Shown here one piece after another: positions 63,823 to 64,000 of a DNA stretch of 64,000 nucleotides. This DNA is from Octopus vulgaris (taxonomy: Eukaryota): the NCBI GenBank assembly GCA_951406725.2, contig OX597815.1, positions 45,570,001-45,634,000 of the forward strand, in the 5' to 3' direction. Below the pieces are notes generated by a model that was given only the letters and a program-made list of their open reading frames with translations, was not told the DNA's origin and did not search any database. Every line of letters starts with the position of its first letter. Position 1 is the first letter of the stretch. Made by a program: the position numbers and the translations under genes.

Positions 63823-64000
63823 ACTCTTTTACTTGTTTCAGTCATTTGACTGTGGCCATGCTGGAGCACCGCCTTTAGTCAAGCAAATCGACCCCGGGAC
63901 TTATTCTTTGTAAGCCCAGTACTTATTCTATCGATCTCTTTTGCCGAACCACTAAGTGACAGGGACGTAAACACACCAGCATCGGTTGTCAAGCAATGCT
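63823..64000 (-). mobile_element. CORE-like SINE 3' half (runs off the window)
   Basis: Near-identical to 8512-8690. Confidence 0.9.

Overview
AT-rich, repeat-dense animal genomic DNA. The SINE, RTE and Helitron families look like those of Octopus or another coleoid cephalopod; this organism call is inferred from memory of those repeats. The window holds one real protein-coding gene, ACTR6/ARP6 (actin-related protein 6, a SWR1/SRCAP subunit), on the + strand. I reconstructed it by hand as 12 GT-AG coding exons from 24368 to 58931; the phases all join, giving 1191 nt (396 aa plus stop). Almost all ORFs in the supplied track are microsatellite or transposon artefacts. The rest of the window is transposon debris: tRNA-derived SINEs, RTE and R4/Dong-like LINE fragments, Tc1/mariner relics, piggyBac- and pogo-type MITEs, many Helitrons (including STPR-repeat and Rep fragments) and a probable solo LTR. 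The most notable observations are: two fold-back Penelope-type elements carrying minimal hammerhead ribozyme motifs (intact downstream of the gene, disrupted in the sense strand of intron 7); long intronic palindromes that could be ADAR substrates; codons where A-to-I editing would restore conserved residues; a head-to-tail RTE pile-up in (ATGT)n tails with a triple C2H2 tail; and a CpG-decay footprint over the gene body. No searches or folding programs were run, and repeat boundaries are approximate.
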